Shown here: in pieces, positions 1 to 21,910 of the stretch | How the letters are laid out: each line of letters opens with the position of its first letter | How positions within the stretch are numbered: position 1 is the first letter of the stretch | From: the human T2T-CHM13v2.0 reference genome, Homo sapiens | NCBI RefSeq assembly: GCF_009914755.1 | Contig: NC_060934.1 | Strand: one strand, 5' to 3' | DNA length: 64,000 bases | Program-made: the position numbers and the translations under genes | The notes under the pieces: model-generated | The model's database searches: none | What the model saw: only the letters and a program-made list of their open reading frames with translations | Told to the model about the DNA's origin: nothing

Positions 1-369
1 ATTCTCTGTCTCCTTGTGAAGATTTGCATCAGCTCTCTTTGAGGTTAGAGAAGGCAGCTGCTGGAAGAGGAAAGGGGTTTATCTGGACCAACTCTTCTGC
101 CAAATCCATGTGCTGGAGTTTGTTGTATGATCACTCTCCTGAGTTTCCAGCTGTCCCTTTTCATGAGTCTCCTGGTCAGTGGCTGGGAAGGAAGGGGAGC
201 GGGAGACTCGTGGATTGTCTTGAAAATCACTGGCCAAGTCAGGAAATGCATGCCTTCCTCTTGGCCTGTTTCTGGTATTGACTCTTTGGTTACCAAGAAA
301 CACAAACCCAGCTAGCTCAAGAAAGCATGTATATTATAATAAAGGCTATCTCAAAAAAAAAAAAACTAT

Positions 370-1540
<1,171 letters not shown>

Positions 1541-1896
1541 TCCAGGGGCAACTCACAGACCCCACGAGTGGGAGGTTCTCCTGAGCCTCATGAGCCCTGG
1601 GTGGTGGCAGCCATTTCGCCACCTGTTCAGAGGCCACATAGTCTTGCCTCTCCACTTCTCTTCATGGTCCTGGCTTGGCATAGTGCAACCTGGTACAGTT
1701 TTTCCTATCACTACCTGGCATTTCTTATGGAGGAGAACCCTTCCTGGGCTCTTCTCAGGCATTTGACAGTCTTCATCCCATACCATCCCATACCATCCCA
1801 CACATGGTAAGTGGGGCTGTCCCTTTCCAGCACCTTTGAGCCTCAGTGCTTTGCACTGCCTCATGTGGTCCTCAGTGCATCAGTATTGGCTTCTAA

Positions 1897-2139
<243 letters not shown>

Positions 2140-2256
2140 TGAGTCTGCCCTTTGCTATCATTGGCACTCTGTACCCATTGTGGGTAGGGACCTTCTCCAG
2201 AGATCAGACTTTTGTACCCGGTAAACGTTTTTCGGCAGACAAGACAATGGTGGTCG

Positions 2257-2390
2257 GGGGCTGTGGCTCATGCCTGTAATCTTAGCACTTTGAGAGGCCG
2301 AGGCAGGAGGAAGGAGTTTGAGAACAGCCTGGGCAACATAGTAAGACCTCATCTTTACGAAAAATTGAAAATAAATAAATAGATAAATAA
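2257..2390 (+). mobile_element. Alu monomer (FLAM)
   Basis: Alu left-arm consensus plus A-rich tail. Confidence 0.8.
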
Positions 2391-3063
2391 CATGCTTAGT
2401 TCTGGGCATAAGGTCAGCGTCGCCCCCTTGGGAAGTATCGCCCTTAGTCGATTCTTGCTGGTATTGCTTCTGCACTCTGTCGTTACCTCGCCCTGTCAAA
2501 AGTCGAGATGGAGATTTCTGTAGCTGTCGGCTCCTCTGGGTGGAATGTGTCTGTCTCTCGTCCGCATTTCATCAGGAGGACCTTGGGTCATAGGTGTGGT
2601 ACCCACATTCTTGTTTCAGAAGCTCCTGTTAAAACCCCCCAAACCCTCAGACTTTACTTTTTTAAATGGGCAGCTTGTCTGTGCTTGGCCTCTGAGAGCT
2701 GGAGCTGCAGGAGCTGTAAGTTGTCCCCATTGGCAAGGAGGTGCTTTGTTCCCCACACAGCCTTCTGGTCTGTCAGTGGCCCCAGCCAGTCCTCATGCCA
2801 TCTCACCTTAGTTTTAGAAGCCATGTTGTCCTGTGAGAACGTGGCTTATACTTTTTTTAAAAGGCTAAAGGGAAATTCTAAGTCATTATTTAATAAGTTT
2901 TAATGCTAGCCTGTGACATGATTGTTTTGCACAGGACCTCAGAGTTGTTTCCCACTGTACATATAAATACAATGTGCATGTGAAGCACCCATGTCAGTAC
3001 TGCACCTTCACACCCAGTTCTGTTGATGGCTCAAAGAATGTCGACTTCAATTGAAATAGTTCT

Positions 3064-3345
3064 GGCCTGGCATGGCAGCTCACACTTGTAATCCCAGCAC
3101 TTTGGGAGGCTGAGGCAGGTGGATTGCTTGAGCCCAGGAGTTCGAGACCAGCCTGGGCAATGTGGCTCTACAAAAAATCATACACAGCTGGGTGTGGTGG
3201 TGTGCCTATAATCCCAGTTACTTGGGAGGCTGAGGTGGGAGGATCACTTGAGCATGGGGGTGCAGAGGTTGCAGTGACCTGATGTGCCTCTACACTCCAG
3301 CCTGGGGGACAGAATGAGCTCCTGTCTCAAAAAAAGAAAGAGAGA
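3064..3345 (+). mobile_element. Alu (AluJ-like)
   Basis: Alu consensus with poly(A). Confidence 0.9.
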
Positions 3346-3567
3346 GAAATAGTTTTGTGTTGCTGAGGGGATAGGGTTTGAGCCAAGGACGTAATTGTAT
3401 TTTTAAAATATTTTTAAAGTATTTGCAAAAATCTTGATAATGAAACTTTTATTAGCCATTTCTTTCTTTTTTCTTTGTAATTTCTTGGCTAATTTTTTGG
3501 ACAAGAAAGCCTAGGGATTTGCAGCATCACATTAGAATTTTTTTAGATTGTGGTAAAATACACATAA

Positions 3568-3903
<336 letters not shown>

Positions 3904-4149
3904 TGACTTTTGAACACCGTGCTTTTGACCACTGTGCTGTATTATCTTCCTGTCATGGTGGAGGGCAAAATCTTTTTAGACCTGGAATTTTTTGTATGTG
4001 ATACTCATGTAATAATGAGAGTCTTCTCTTTTTATGTGTGATTATGAACGATTTCATTTTTCCTTTTTACCTCTCTGCATTTGCTAACTTTTCTACAGTG
4101 GATGTATATGATTTGTGTAATGAAAAAAGCAGGTGCAGAAAATGGAATT

Positions 4150-4995
<846 letters not shown>

Positions 4996-5099
4996 TGATT
5001 TGTCATGTGTGTGACTCAGGGCAGTTTAATTTTCCTGGTCAGACCTCCCAGGCAAGTGCTATCTCTAAAACCACAGCCCTGCTCAGAACAGTGCTCTTA

Positions 5100-5225
5100 G
5101 CTGGGCAAGGTGACACACGCCTGTCATCCAGCTACTTAAGAGGCTGAGGTGGGAGGACTGCTTGAGCCCAGGAGTTCAAGACCAGTCTGGGCAACATAGC
5201 AAGACCCTGTCTCAAAAAAAATTAA
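5100..5225 (+). mobile_element. Alu monomer (FLAM)
   Basis: Alu monomer with A tail. Confidence 0.8.
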
Positions 5226-5530
5226 ATGAATAAAAAAGAAGTGTTCTTAAAAGCTGGGCAAATCCCACAGCACTGATTAGGTTTTCCCAAAGCCAAGGAA
5301 AGCCAGCAGAAGGATAAACACTCAGTGTACCCTTCTTAAATCTTGATAGAGTATGCATGAGGCATTCAGGGCCTGGGGAGTTTCGCATTCAGGCAAATTG
5401 TAGAACAAAATCCAACCCTTTATGCTAACCTTGGTAGTTTTCACTGGAGCTGATCATTATGGGGAATCTGAAGAGCTTTTCAGGTGGGTCCTTGGAGTAA
5501 CGAATGTTTGTGACAGGAATGTGTCCTATG

Positions 5531-6070
5531 TGTAAGTTACCTAATACCACATTATAAGCCACCCTCACACTTAGTGGCTTAAAACAACCACGCTTTATTA
5601 TTGTTCATGCATCTGTGGGTCAGTTGGACAGTTCTGCTCATCAGGGCCAGGATTGGCTGACCTCTGCCGGCCTCATTCCTGCATCTGCAGTCAGCTGTTG
5701 AGTCAGCTGGGAGGCAGATCTCAGACGCCCTTCCCCACATGTCCAGCAGTTGGCTGTCAGCTGGGGTGCAGGGGCCCCTGGCCCTGTGTCTCATCCTTCA
5801 GTGGGCCACCTGGCTGTTCAAGTGGTGGCAGCAAGGGCTGCGAGGGAGAGGGGAAGACTTCAAAGCCTCCTGGAAGCCCAGGCTGGGGATAGGTTCAGCT
5901 TTGCCTCTGCCACACTCTGTTGGCCTGAACAATCCTAGGGCTGGGCTAGATCCCAGGGGAGGAGAAATTGACTCCATGTTTCAGTGGGAGGAACTGCAGT
6001 CATGTTGCAAAGAAGGATTTTGCACATGCAGGGAAGGGAATGATGCAGCTGTTTTTGCAAATACCCCACA
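5531..6070 (-). mobile_element. MLT1-type MaLR LTR
   Basis: ACTTAGTGGCTTAAAACAAC...CATCTGCAGTCAGCTG motifs. Confidence 0.6.
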
Positions 6071-6338
6071 CCTTGACATAAATTATTATTTTTTGTAGGA
6101 GATTTTCATTGTTGCAGCCCTGGTGAAGTCTGTGTATTGTGACAGGTGGTTTACTCACATGCTCTCCTCCCAGTGTGGCTCCAAGTCTGTGGTGGTCAGA
6201 GATGTGGTGCCCACTCTTCCTCTGAGTCTGTGCTGTGTCCTAAAGGGAGGAGTTGCAGCTTCTCCTCTATGTTTGCTATGGGGTTCTCCCCTTGAAAGTC
6301 TGGAGTCTTGGGGTTACTGGCTGCCAAGAGGCACTTAG

Positions 6339-6587
<249 letters not shown>

Positions 6588-6694
6588 TGATGACCAAAAT
6601 CCGCCACGGGGTGCCCACATGGATTTGTGTCCTTGTGGCCCAGAAGCACCAGATGCTTTTTGCCATGCCTGGCTTGTGACACTCTGGTGGCTGA

Positions 6695-6973
<279 letters not shown>

Positions 6974-8365
6974 TAGGGCTCAGTGATCAGGCAGCACTGA
7001 GTCCCCTGTGGCCTGGGTGGGCTGGCCCTTGAGGCCTTCTCCAGCCTCAGTGTCATTCCTAGATGACAGTCACAGTCACAGTGGGTTGAGCCAGGCTTTA
7101 TTTCACAGCCTGCAGGGCATACTGAGACTCTTCTCTCTTCTTTTCTCTTTGAAAGTGTCACCTTTTCTGGGAAACCTTCTGGTCCTCCAAGCAAAAAAAG
7201 AACCTCATCCTCTTCTGTGCCCCCTGTTCATTTGATTGTTGCCTTGCTTATAACACTTCTTACACAGTTAGTTCTTAGTGTCTTTTGTTTCTGCTAGTGG
7301 TAGACTCCGTGAGCAAGGACCTGTATCCCTGCACGCCCTAGCACAGTGTCCAATCAGAGGAGATAATAAATGTTTGTTCAATATATGAGATGAATCAGGG
7401 TCCAGGATCAGAGCTTGAGCACCTGCTGACTACTGATTGGCTGGGCTCAGAGCTGAAGGTTACAGCTCCTGTCCTTTGGAAGGCCACAGTCTAGTGGGGG
7501 AGCCGAGTCCCTAACACCAGCAGCTCCAGCTCCATGCTGTCAGGGCTGGGGAGTGGATTCTGGGCAGAAGGAACCAATGGTGCAGAGTCACGGAGGCAAG
7601 ACCCAGCCTGTCACGCTGGAAGAGCTGTAGGTAGCTCTGGGTGTCACAGGTGGAGACGTGACCAGGCAGGAGTTCTGGAGGTGGGTCTTAGGCCAGGGTT
7701 TAAGGCTTAATGAGCAGCCCTAGGAGAGTTAGGTAGGGTCACCTACCTCTGTAAACCAGTTAATCCAGTTACATCGCTGACTTGGGACTTTTTTCTTCTG
7801 AAACCCTTTTAGAGCTCAGGAGTTAGATCTGTTTGTTTGTTTTTAAAGCATTTCACTTATACCTTCACCTTGGATTCATCATAGTCAACACACACCCAGT
7901 GTACTTTCTTCCCCAGGAAGTGTTTTAACTTCAATCCAGTGAAAGCTAAAATGTACTTTAGGTAGACACAGTATTACTAAACTCTTAGGATCCTTCAGTT
8001 ATAGTGTCAGTAGACTCTTCTGTACAGCTGGTTATGCCAGTGGCAGCACCAGGCTTGGAATCGGGTGATCTGGGCTCTTGTCCAGTATTGAGTGCCGTCT
8101 TTGCCGTCTGCTGAGTGAACTTAGACATTGCTATTTACCTAATGTGCCTCATGCTCCATCTGTGAAGTGGGATTATTTCAAACCCCTATGAGGATGGTGA
8201 GGAGGGTCTATTCATATTTTATTGGTTTGTCCTCAGATGTTTGAACTCCGTCTCCGATGTTGTAAGCCCTCAGCAGTTGTTGACTCAGGAGGGAGGGTTG
8301 GAATTTTGTGTTCTCCCCTTCCAGGTTAATTACACAGGACTCTCCTGGTGCTTTTTATGTTGTAG

Positions 8366-8533
<168 letters not shown>

Positions 8534-8545
8534 TAAAGAATTCAG

Positions 8546-8905
<360 letters not shown>

Positions 8906-8999
8906 CTATTTCCTGACTCCACTGCCCGCAATAAAATAAGGGCTCATAGGTTTGTGTTGTTAAAAGATTATTATTATTTTTTTTTTAGAAAGGCAAATC

Positions 9000-9910
<911 letters not shown>

Positions 9911-10192
9911 TTTTAAATTTTTTTTTTGACTTTTTTTCAAATCCCATTACACTGAGCAAAGTAAGAACTTTAAAAAACAAAACAAAACAAAACAGAACAC
10001 TTCAAATAACAGTCTAAAGAGCAGACAGATACCTGGGCACTAGGCTGTCAGGGAAGCTGAAATGAGTGTCTGAAAGAGGGCTGATTTGTCTGCTGTCTTT
10101 TGCAGTTAAATAGAAAAAAAACAAAAAGGGCTGAGTTGCATCTGGAAGGGTATGCTACACAACTTACAATATTTCATTGAAAATATAGCTGC

Positions 10193-10500
10193 GGGTTGGG
10201 TGCAGTGACTCACACCTGTAGCCAAGGCAGGAGGAACTTTGGGAGGCCAAGGCAGGAGGAACGCTTGAGCCCAGGAGTTGGAGACCAGCCTGGGTAACGT
10301 AGTAAGACCCCGTCTCTATAAGAAATTAAAAAATAAAAAATTAGCCGTCATAGTGGTGCACAACCTGTGGTCCCACCTACTGAGGAGGCTGAGGTGGGCG
10401 GATTACTTGAGCTTAGGAGGTTGAGTCTGCAGTGAGCCGTGGTTGCGGTAGTACACTCCAGCCTGGGTGACAGAGCAAGACTCTGTCTCTTAAATAAGAA
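10193..10500 (+). mobile_element. Alu (AluJ-like)
   Basis: Alu consensus with internal duplication of GCCAAGGCAGGAGGAAC. Confidence 0.88.
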
Positions 10501-11215
10501 AGGATACCTGCTGATCTATTTTTGCCTGCTTCACAACTATTAGTGTTAATTCTTCTAGCTTGCTTTCCATGCATATGCCAACACACACACACACACTCAC
10601 TTAAAAATAGGAATTATACCATATATACAACATGACAAATTGCTTTTTTGATTTAATATGAAACAGGTATCCTTCCTCATCATTGCATTTAGATCAACCT
10701 CATTCTTTTTCCTGGCTGCGTAGGATTCCAGCATGTGTCTGAATTGCCTTTTACATAGCCCATTTGATCTTCACTTGGATTGTTTCCTCTTTCTGACTAT
10801 TGCATGTCATGCAGTAAATATCCTTGTATGTGTGCGTTTGTGCACCTGCAGACTATTTCTCAAGGACAGATTCTGAGCAGTGAGTTTAATATTTTCCATT
10901 TTGCCCTCTGAAAGGCCATAATGCTTTAAACTCCAAAGGGAAGAAGCTATTTGACCATTGCCCCTTGTCTCTCCTATTCTATGATTCCTCTAATAGTATC
11001 ATCATCTGTAAAATGGGTAGAATACTTTCCCTTCCTTAGATCTCATGTTTCAGATATATCCTTAATAGCAGGGGTTTAGTCTGTGAAGGAACATTCATTA
11101 CCTTTTTGTAGGCTGGTAAGAAAACCATCTTAGATGATGACCAGTGGCTCTCTGACTGCAGTGCAACAGACAGAACCGGCAGCATTCAAGCCAGGCATAG
11201 TGATCCTATTCCTAA

Positions 11216-11437
<222 letters not shown>

Positions 11438-12769
11438 TAGTCTTATCTGTCAGTATCATTTCTTGACCAGCTCCAGAGTTCAGGGCTGGACGAAGGCAGC
11501 AGAGTCTCTGGCGGGGGGAGGTGGGGGGGCCTTTCTTAAGACACCCATAATGCTACACATTGCTTATGATCAGACTGTCAAGAACTGAACTCTTCAGGAA
11601 TGAGGACCCAAAAGGCTCACTTGGCTTGAGTGGAGACAGGTACCTGGAGCGGGCCTGGCAAACATGGCAGCTCTATGGGCCTTGTATGGAGGGGCTCTGG
11701 TCAGGTATTGCAGGGGGATGGGGTGGGGAGGGAGTCTGCGGCTGGAAAGGAAGTAGAGAGCACCTCCCATGCTGACCACACTTAGAGCATGGAAAGGGGC
11801 AGGATGGTCTTGGGCACCATTTTGCCTTTAGCAGCCACTGTGTGCGCATGGTCCCAGCCACTGAAGGGGGTTGCAGAGGGGTTGTCTCTGCAGCTCGTTG
11901 CCTTGTAATCCAAAACACATTAGGGGTCTGGGCCTCGAGCACATAATTCCTGAAGCATATTGATTTGGGCTATGAGGAAACCATTTGTCCTGCTGGCCCT
12001 GCTCCTCGCGTCAGGGGATGCTGGGAAAGACCCCAGGGAGTTTCTTAGCCAACATCTGCGGACTCTGCCTGGTGAGTGAGCAGTGGCACCCCTGCTACTG
12101 GATCAGTTGCTGAGTGTCTAGAGCTTGGGAAGAGGCCCCAGCAGGCTGCCTTCCAGGTGCCAGGAAGAACTTTTCATTCATTGTTAAGCCACTTTTCGCT
12201 TCTGTTGAAATTTTAAAAAACCTAGGGAGCAGCTGCTGGTGAAAAGGTTGTTTGGGGCCTGGCTTTCTCCACCCAGCCCCTCCCTTTCTTTCCATGAATG
12301 GGCTTGGGTATGAAATGCAAAGCTAGAGTGACACAGCAGCTCTCCTCCTCCTGCAGGCCCCACCTTCCCTCCTGGGAGGTCAGGCCCGCCCGTTTCCTGG
12401 CACCAGGCTCCAGCTACATTTCATAGCTACTTCATAGCTACTTTTTCTTTCCTCCATCAATTGATCTCTTTGCTCAGGACTCCCATAGGCAAGATGTATG
12501 GTTTCCATGTTTTGGCTTTCTTTGCATCTCCCACTCCCATCATCTTCCGTTTCTGGAGCTCCTCTTCTCTCAGTTTTAACCTTGGGTGAAAAGGGGGCTG
12601 AGAAAACAAAGAACAAAAATCATCCAACTGTACAGTCTTTGAACTCTACTTAAGTTTCTTCAAAGGGGATGAAAACTACCAAAGCCCTTTTGGTCTGGCC
12701 AGGGGGTGTGTCTTGTGCCCTCCCGATGAAAGTTCACCTACATCCCACCCTGGATGGGTGGATGGTGCT

Positions 12770-12912
12770 CCTGGGCGCATCATTAGCATCATCCTGGGAG
12801 CTTGTTAGAGATGCAGGCTCTCAGGTCCTGGCCCTAGCCTCTTGAATCTGGATCTGCTTCTTAGGGTCCCCAGGTGATCCAGGTGCATATTAAAGTATGT
12901 GTGTGAAGCACT
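12770..12912. mobile_element. MER5A-like DNA transposon
   Basis: AGCATCATCCTGGGAGCTTGTTAGAGATGCAG...CCCCAGGTGAT. Confidence 0.65.
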
Positions 12913-13402
12913 CTTCCTGGGTTAGTTGATTGGTTTTTAAATGTCCAGTCTATTCAGTGAGGCAAGTTCAGTGACCACAAGCTTGGATATCATGGCAATT
13001 AAAATTGCTGTGAAAGTTGCAGGATGCTTGCCTTCAGTTTCTTAGCTCCTCATGGGCTGGAACAGCAAACAGTCGGTGGTCCTTCTATTTTGAGTGACTC
13101 TGCTCTAGGGAGTTCAGGAATGGAAGTCAGAGATTCCTGAGCCCCTGGCAAGCATATGTCAGGTTGCATGTGTGCGGTGTGTGGGTCCACCCAGAGAAAG
13201 GTGCCTTTTTCACAGAAGAATCCTCTGATCTTCAAAGGTCTGATACAAAAATGATGAAAAACCATTGCTTTTGAAAGCCCCCCTTGAAATGCTGAAGACA
13301 CTGTCCTGCCCTGAACTGTGGGCTTCATCCCAAGGTATGTAGGAAAGCTTATTGAGCAGGCATAGTCCACGACCAACCATCCTTGTCGAGAAAAGATAAG
13401 TG

Positions 13403-14352
<950 letters not shown>

Positions 14353-14994
14353 TAACCCCGCCTGGTGGAGAGGACACTCACAGTCAGGGTGGGGGCAGCA
14401 CTTGGCTGCATTCTGCCACTTGCAGTGGAAGAAGTTTCTAGGAGGAGAGGTCTGAACAGAGGTTTCAAGACTGGACCCCCTGGCTCACTCCTGACCTTTG
14501 TCTTTTGGACAGCAGAGAACCAGGGAGGACAGACCCCCAACATGGTACAAGATGGCCCAGGGTTGATGCCTGTCTAGGGGCTGCCTGTGACTGTTTTTTA
14601 GCCTGGAGGATTCTGGCCTTCCGGTCCCCTTGCTGTGTTCCTTTCCCATCAGAATAACAAGGGGGTGGGGTGAGGGTGGCTGGGCGGCAGGTTGGTGTGA
14701 AGCAGAGGCCCTGTCGCAATCGTCCTTTCCTCCGTGAGCCTCCTGCACCACCTAGTGGCCTTGTGGAGCTTTGCAGCTCAGGTCTCAGGTACCATGTCTG
14801 AAATGGCAGTGTCTGCCCTTTGTCTCAAGCCCCCAGGAATCAGGCCATCCTCTGCCACGGCCAGGATGAGTTGGTCCAAGTTGTCTCCCTAGGAGCAGAA
14901 AGAAGGGCTGGAGCAGCACCCAGCATGAGTCACTCCCTAGCCCCCTCAAGGTTTTTGCCTTTTCTAAATACCACCCATGCTGTTATTTACTTAG

Positions 14995-15712
<718 letters not shown>

Positions 15713-16939
15713 TAACTAAAAAATGAGTATAGTGAAGAACCGTGCTATTCAAGTCTAGCTGATGCTGTCGCCTACCAAATGACCTGAACTAAGACCCCCT
15801 TTGGGCTGAGTGCAGTCTATCATCAAAGTAATCCCAGCACTTTGGGAGGCCAAGGTGGGAGGATTGCTTGAGCTCAGGAGGTTGAGACCACCCTGGGCAA
15901 CATAGGGTTGAGACCCTGTCTCTACTAAAAATTAATAACAATAATAACAACAATAATAGTAAGACCCCCTTGGTTAAAAAGCGGGGGGATCAGCAAGTGT
16001 TGGAAGGGGTTAAGGACATGTCAGCACCAAACTGGGGTGGTCTTTGTGGTGGAATGAGAAGGACTGGGTGGGACTTCGTAGTGGTGGCCCACCCCTCTGT
16101 GATTCCATTCTGTTTCATGTTCTTCCATGGACCACATGAAATAGGAGGAATCCTGGAGTTCCAAATTCCAGGGGACTCTTCTCAGCTTTGGGACACTGGG
16201 CTTGGGCATGTGCCATGGAAATGAATCAATCCTTTGTTATTTCTTGAGATCCTTGAGCATGGAGAGGGCAGGAAATTTGAAGTCCCAAGAACAGGTTGAC
16301 CTCCAGTGTGTTGTGGTCACTGAATTCTCCCTCCTGTGTGGCCTCATCACTCTGCTGTGGGCTTGACCAGTACTCTGGGTATTTGCAAAACCTTTAGAAA
16401 AATCTAGAAACTTTCCTTTTTTTTGTCTTCTTGTTCCTTTAAGACTTAGCCCAGTCATTTGCTTATTCTGCAGATAGTTTTTGGGCACTTTCCTGAGGGC
16501 CCAGTGCTATGCTATGCTGTGCTGTGCCCTGGGGACTCAGAGCTGAAAAAGACACACATGCCCTGTCCTCTTGGGGCTGTCACTACAGCAGTGGTGGTGG
16601 GAGGCAGTGAGCTCAGGTGTGTTGTGAAGGAGGAGAATGGTGAGGTGTGTGGGAACCTGAAACAGGCAGGTAGAACCCAGGATCAGGAGGAGGACAGGCT
16701 CTCGGGGAAGTGACCTTGGGGCTGAGAGCTATCAGGCAGCTGAGGAGGGAGACCAGTCTAGCAGGTAGACATGAATGCTGGTGGTTTTGTTTCTGATGTG
16801 AGAGAGTGGAGGACTCCCTGGTCCTTCCTGGTCCTCCCACTCTGCCTCTGCGGCAGAGCACAGGGCTGGGCACATGGCTGTTGATGATGCGCTTGAGGGG
16901 CAGTAGGAGACGCGGAGTGACCGTGAGACCGAGGGGTGA

Positions 16940-17149
<210 letters not shown>

Positions 17150-17338
17150 TGAGTGGGCAGTGTCTTCCCTGCCAGCGCCCACCCTTCAGAGGTCGCCTGG
17201 CTGGTGGATTGTGATGGGGGTGGTAGGGACCCTAGGGGACATTTTGGCCATTTTTGAGGATTTTTTTTCCTCTGGAATAGCAGACCCTGGGCATTTGCAT
17301 AGTGAAATCTTATAATTTTATTATAAATTACTTTTCTT

Positions 17339-17630
<292 letters not shown>

Positions 17631-18032
17631 TAAGTAAATTACTTACTTTCCTTTTATCCATCCTTTATGTTGGGGCATTATATTGATTTATTTGAAATTA
17701 TGTGTGTAAGAGGGCCATATGGATTCCATTTCAGATGGTAAAGATGCACTACACATACTTGTATTGGGGGTGCATAGGGCCCACCTGGATTTATCTGAAA
17801 GGCAGCCTGGGGTTCAGTGCCAGGCCACCCAGGAGCTGATGCCCCTCAGCAAGTTGTTCCACCTTCTTTCTACTTTTCTCCTGTCCAGGGTACATTTCTT
17901 CCTGGCCTTTGCTGTCTTCTAAGGCACGCTGTGTGAGAAGGAGGAAAAAAGGGTCAGAAAAAACAAAAGCAATTGTGCAAATACTGTGTTCTTCTTAGAA
18001 TGGTCATAATAACCTAACGTAGGCTCTGTGTA

Positions 18033-18350
18033 GGCTGGGCACGGTGGCTCATGCCTGTAATCTCAACACTTTAGGAGGCCAAAGCAGGTGAATCACTTGA
18101 GTTCAGGTGTTCGAGACCAGCCTGGTTAACATGGCAAGACCCCATTTCTACAAAAAGTGCAAAAACTAGCCGGGCGTGGTGGCACATTCCTGTGGTCCCA
18201 GCTATTTGGGAGGCTGAGGTGGGAGGATGGCTTGAGCCCGGTGGCGGAGGTTGCAATGAGCTGAGGTTGCACCACTGCACTCCATCCTGGGCGACAGAGA
18301 CAGACTCTGTCTCAAAAAAAAAAAAAAAAGAGAAAGAAAAGAAAAAAAAT
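18033..18350 (+). mobile_element. Alu
   Basis: Alu consensus with poly(A). Confidence 0.9.
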
Positions 18351-18409
18351 ATTAAACCTTAAACAAAAAAAAACCTAACAAGCCTATACACTGCTCTTAC
18401 CCAGGCAAA

Positions 18410-19405
18410 ATGGTTTTTAAGTATACAGTTCGGTGACATTAAGTACATTCACATAGTCGCACAGCTATCACCACCATCCATTTCCGGAACTCTTTTCATC
18501 TTCTCAGCTGAAACTCTGTACGCAGCAAACACTAACTCCACATTCCTCCCTCCCCCCACCCCAGCAACCACCATTCTACTCTCTGTCTCTATGGATTTGA
18601 CAACTCTGGATACTTCATATAAATAGAATCATACAGCATTTGTCCTTTGTGACTGGCTTAATTCACTTAGCATAATGTCTTAAGGTTCATCCGTATTGTG
18701 GCATGTGTTAGAATTTCCTTATTTTTTTATTTTTATTTTTTGAGACGGAGTTTCACTCTTGTTGGCCAGGCTGGGGTGCAATGGTGCAAACTTGGCTCGC
18801 CATAACCTCTGCCTCCTGGGTTCAAGCGATTCTCCTGCCTCAGCCTCCTGAGTAGCTGGGATTACAGGCGTGCGTCACCATGCACGCCCGGCTAATTTTG
18901 TATTTTTAGTAGAGATGGGGTTTCCCCATGTTGATCAGGGTGGTCTCAAACTCCCGACCTCAGGTAATCTGCCCACCTTGGCCTCCCAGAGTGCTGGGAT
19001 TACAGGCATGAGCCACCACGCCCGGCCATAATTTCCTTATTTTTAAGGCTGAGTGATATTCCATTGCATGCACACACTGCATTTTGTTTATTCATTCATC
19101 CATCCATGGACACTTGGCTTGCTTCCACCTTTTGGATATTGTGACAAATGCTGCTGTGAACACGGGTGACCAGTATCTCCTTTCAGTTTGTGTGTGTGTG
19201 TGTACGCACCCCAAGTGGACTTGCGGGATCATATGGTAATTCCCTGTTCAGTTGTTTGTGGAACCACCATGTTGTTTTCCACAGTGGCTGTAACATTTTA
19301 CATTCCCACCAGCAGCCCGTGAAAGTTCTAGTTTCTCCACATCCTCGCCAACACTTGTTATTTTCTGAGTTGAGAATAGCCATCCTAATGGGTATGAAGT
19401 GGTAT
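18410..19405 (-). mobile_element. L1M 3'-end fragment split by an antisense Alu (~18722-19028)
   Basis: L1 3' UTR motifs; AATTTCCTTATTTTT duplicated on both sides of the Alu. Confidence 0.8.
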
Positions 19406-20509
19406 GGAAAGTCTTTTCAAGCATAATAGCAAAGAAAGAAATCATAAAGAAAAATGGCCAAATATAGCTACATAGTGTCTGTAAGTAAAAAAAAAAAGTA
19501 ATCAAACTTAAAAGGCAACGGTAAACTGAGGAAGACATTTGTACTGTGTATGACAAGACGCCTAGCAGGGCATGGTGGGCTTTGGCAGGTCTGGTCTACA
19601 CCTGCTCTTCTCCACCGGCTGTGTGCTTTGCAATACTCAATTTCTCCCAGCCTCAGTTGCCTTATCTTTAAAATGGGAATAATCATACATTCATTGGTTG
19701 TTTGAGGAGTAAGTAAGGTAATGTATGTAAAATATATGTTACATGGTAAGTCCTCCAAGAAGCCTGGCTGGTCTTCATTGTACCATCCCAGTTATCGTCT
19801 CTTTCAATTTAATATAAATAAGACAAATATATCAGGAGAAAAGTCTTGAGACGTAAGAAGTAGTTTATATGGCCAAAAAACAAATGGAAAAAAAAGAGAT
19901 CATCCTCACTAATAGAGAATAATATAAATTGAACTACAGTCTTGTGATGCCTTCTTATAAAACTGTCAAAAGTTGTAAAAAAATGCTCTTTTCCAGTGAG
20001 GATAAGTGTGGCCAAATACTCTGCTGAAGAGTAAATGGATACAATTTTCTGTAAGGCATCTGGCAATGTGTAGCAAAAGCTCGTTGACCCAGAAATTTAT
20101 CCTAAGGAAAAACATCAGAATTGCACACAAAGATTTATAAACAAACCTTATCAAAATGTTTCTTTATAATAGCAGAAAATTGCAATTAACTTGAATTTCT
20201 CCAAGCTGGCTAAAGAAATCATGGTGCATCCCTAGAGGGAATACTGCAGCAGCTGTTTCCAATCCTGTTCTCAGATAAGGCTGTGGGAAATTGCTCAATG
20301 CATGAAACAGGAAAGAGAAAGAAAATCACATATCAAGGATAATCCCATTTTGCATATCATGAGAAGCATACCAGCTAGGAAAAATAAACTGGAAGGAAAT
20401 ATATTAAAATGTTAATAGCATTTTCCTAGATGTTGAGATAGTGAATGGTTTAGATTTTCCAATTTTTATTTTGCTAGATTTGCCAAATTCTCCACAGTTT
20501 AACATGTAA

Positions 20510-20872
<363 letters not shown>

Positions 20873-21259
20873 TGAGTGGGCCTTCCAGTTGGGATGCGCA
20901 GAGCTTGCTGGGATCCCTTTGGGTTAGGGGGTATCAGGGTGTGGTTTACGCTGGGGAAATGCCCTGCGGGAGCCCAGCCAGGCTGAAGGCTGTGCGTTCA
21001 GGAGCTGGGGATTGTCTAGGACAAGGTAATGAACAGTTTGTAGGGTTTGACTGGGATCCTTAGGGAGACAGAGAAGTGGCTTCACTTGGCCAGCTCACAC
21101 CAGTGGCATGATGTGACCCTCACCCCACTCCTCCTGGTCCCCCTTAGGTGGGGGCTAGGCAGTGGGAGAGGAGGTGAGGGTGGGCGTGGGCTCACTCATA
21201 AGCCTGGTGAGCTGTAGCCAGGCCAGAGGCTCTGTTGGGTAAGTGGGGAGAGGATATTA

Positions 21260-21593
<334 letters not shown>

Positions 21594-21777
21594 TCATCTG
21601 CTGAATCAGTTTGCTAAGACTTGGAAGGGCGGGAGCGGTTTGGGCCCTGGGCTTCATGGCAGGGAGGGGTAGGGAGTGGCCTCCCTCTGGTCAGGCATCT
21701 GACCCCCCATGCCAGAGAAGGACATGTGATTGCACTTGCTGTGTGATTGTGATCCACCGCATGTCTCACCTTATGAA

Positions 21778-21910
21778 TAGGGTGACCATATTATTTATTT
21801 ATTGTCTACACTAGGGTACTCTTGCCAGTCAAGAGTGCTAATAATTATTACTCTGGGACTGTAGGCAAACTAGGACCATCCCAGATAAATGAGGCCATAG
21901 TGTCACCCTA
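21778..21910. mobile_element. hAT-Blackjack MITE (MER81/MER94-like)
   Basis: Terminal inverted repeats TAGGGTGAC...GTCACCCTA; degenerate 8-bp TSD CTTATGAA/CTTATAAG. Confidence 0.7.
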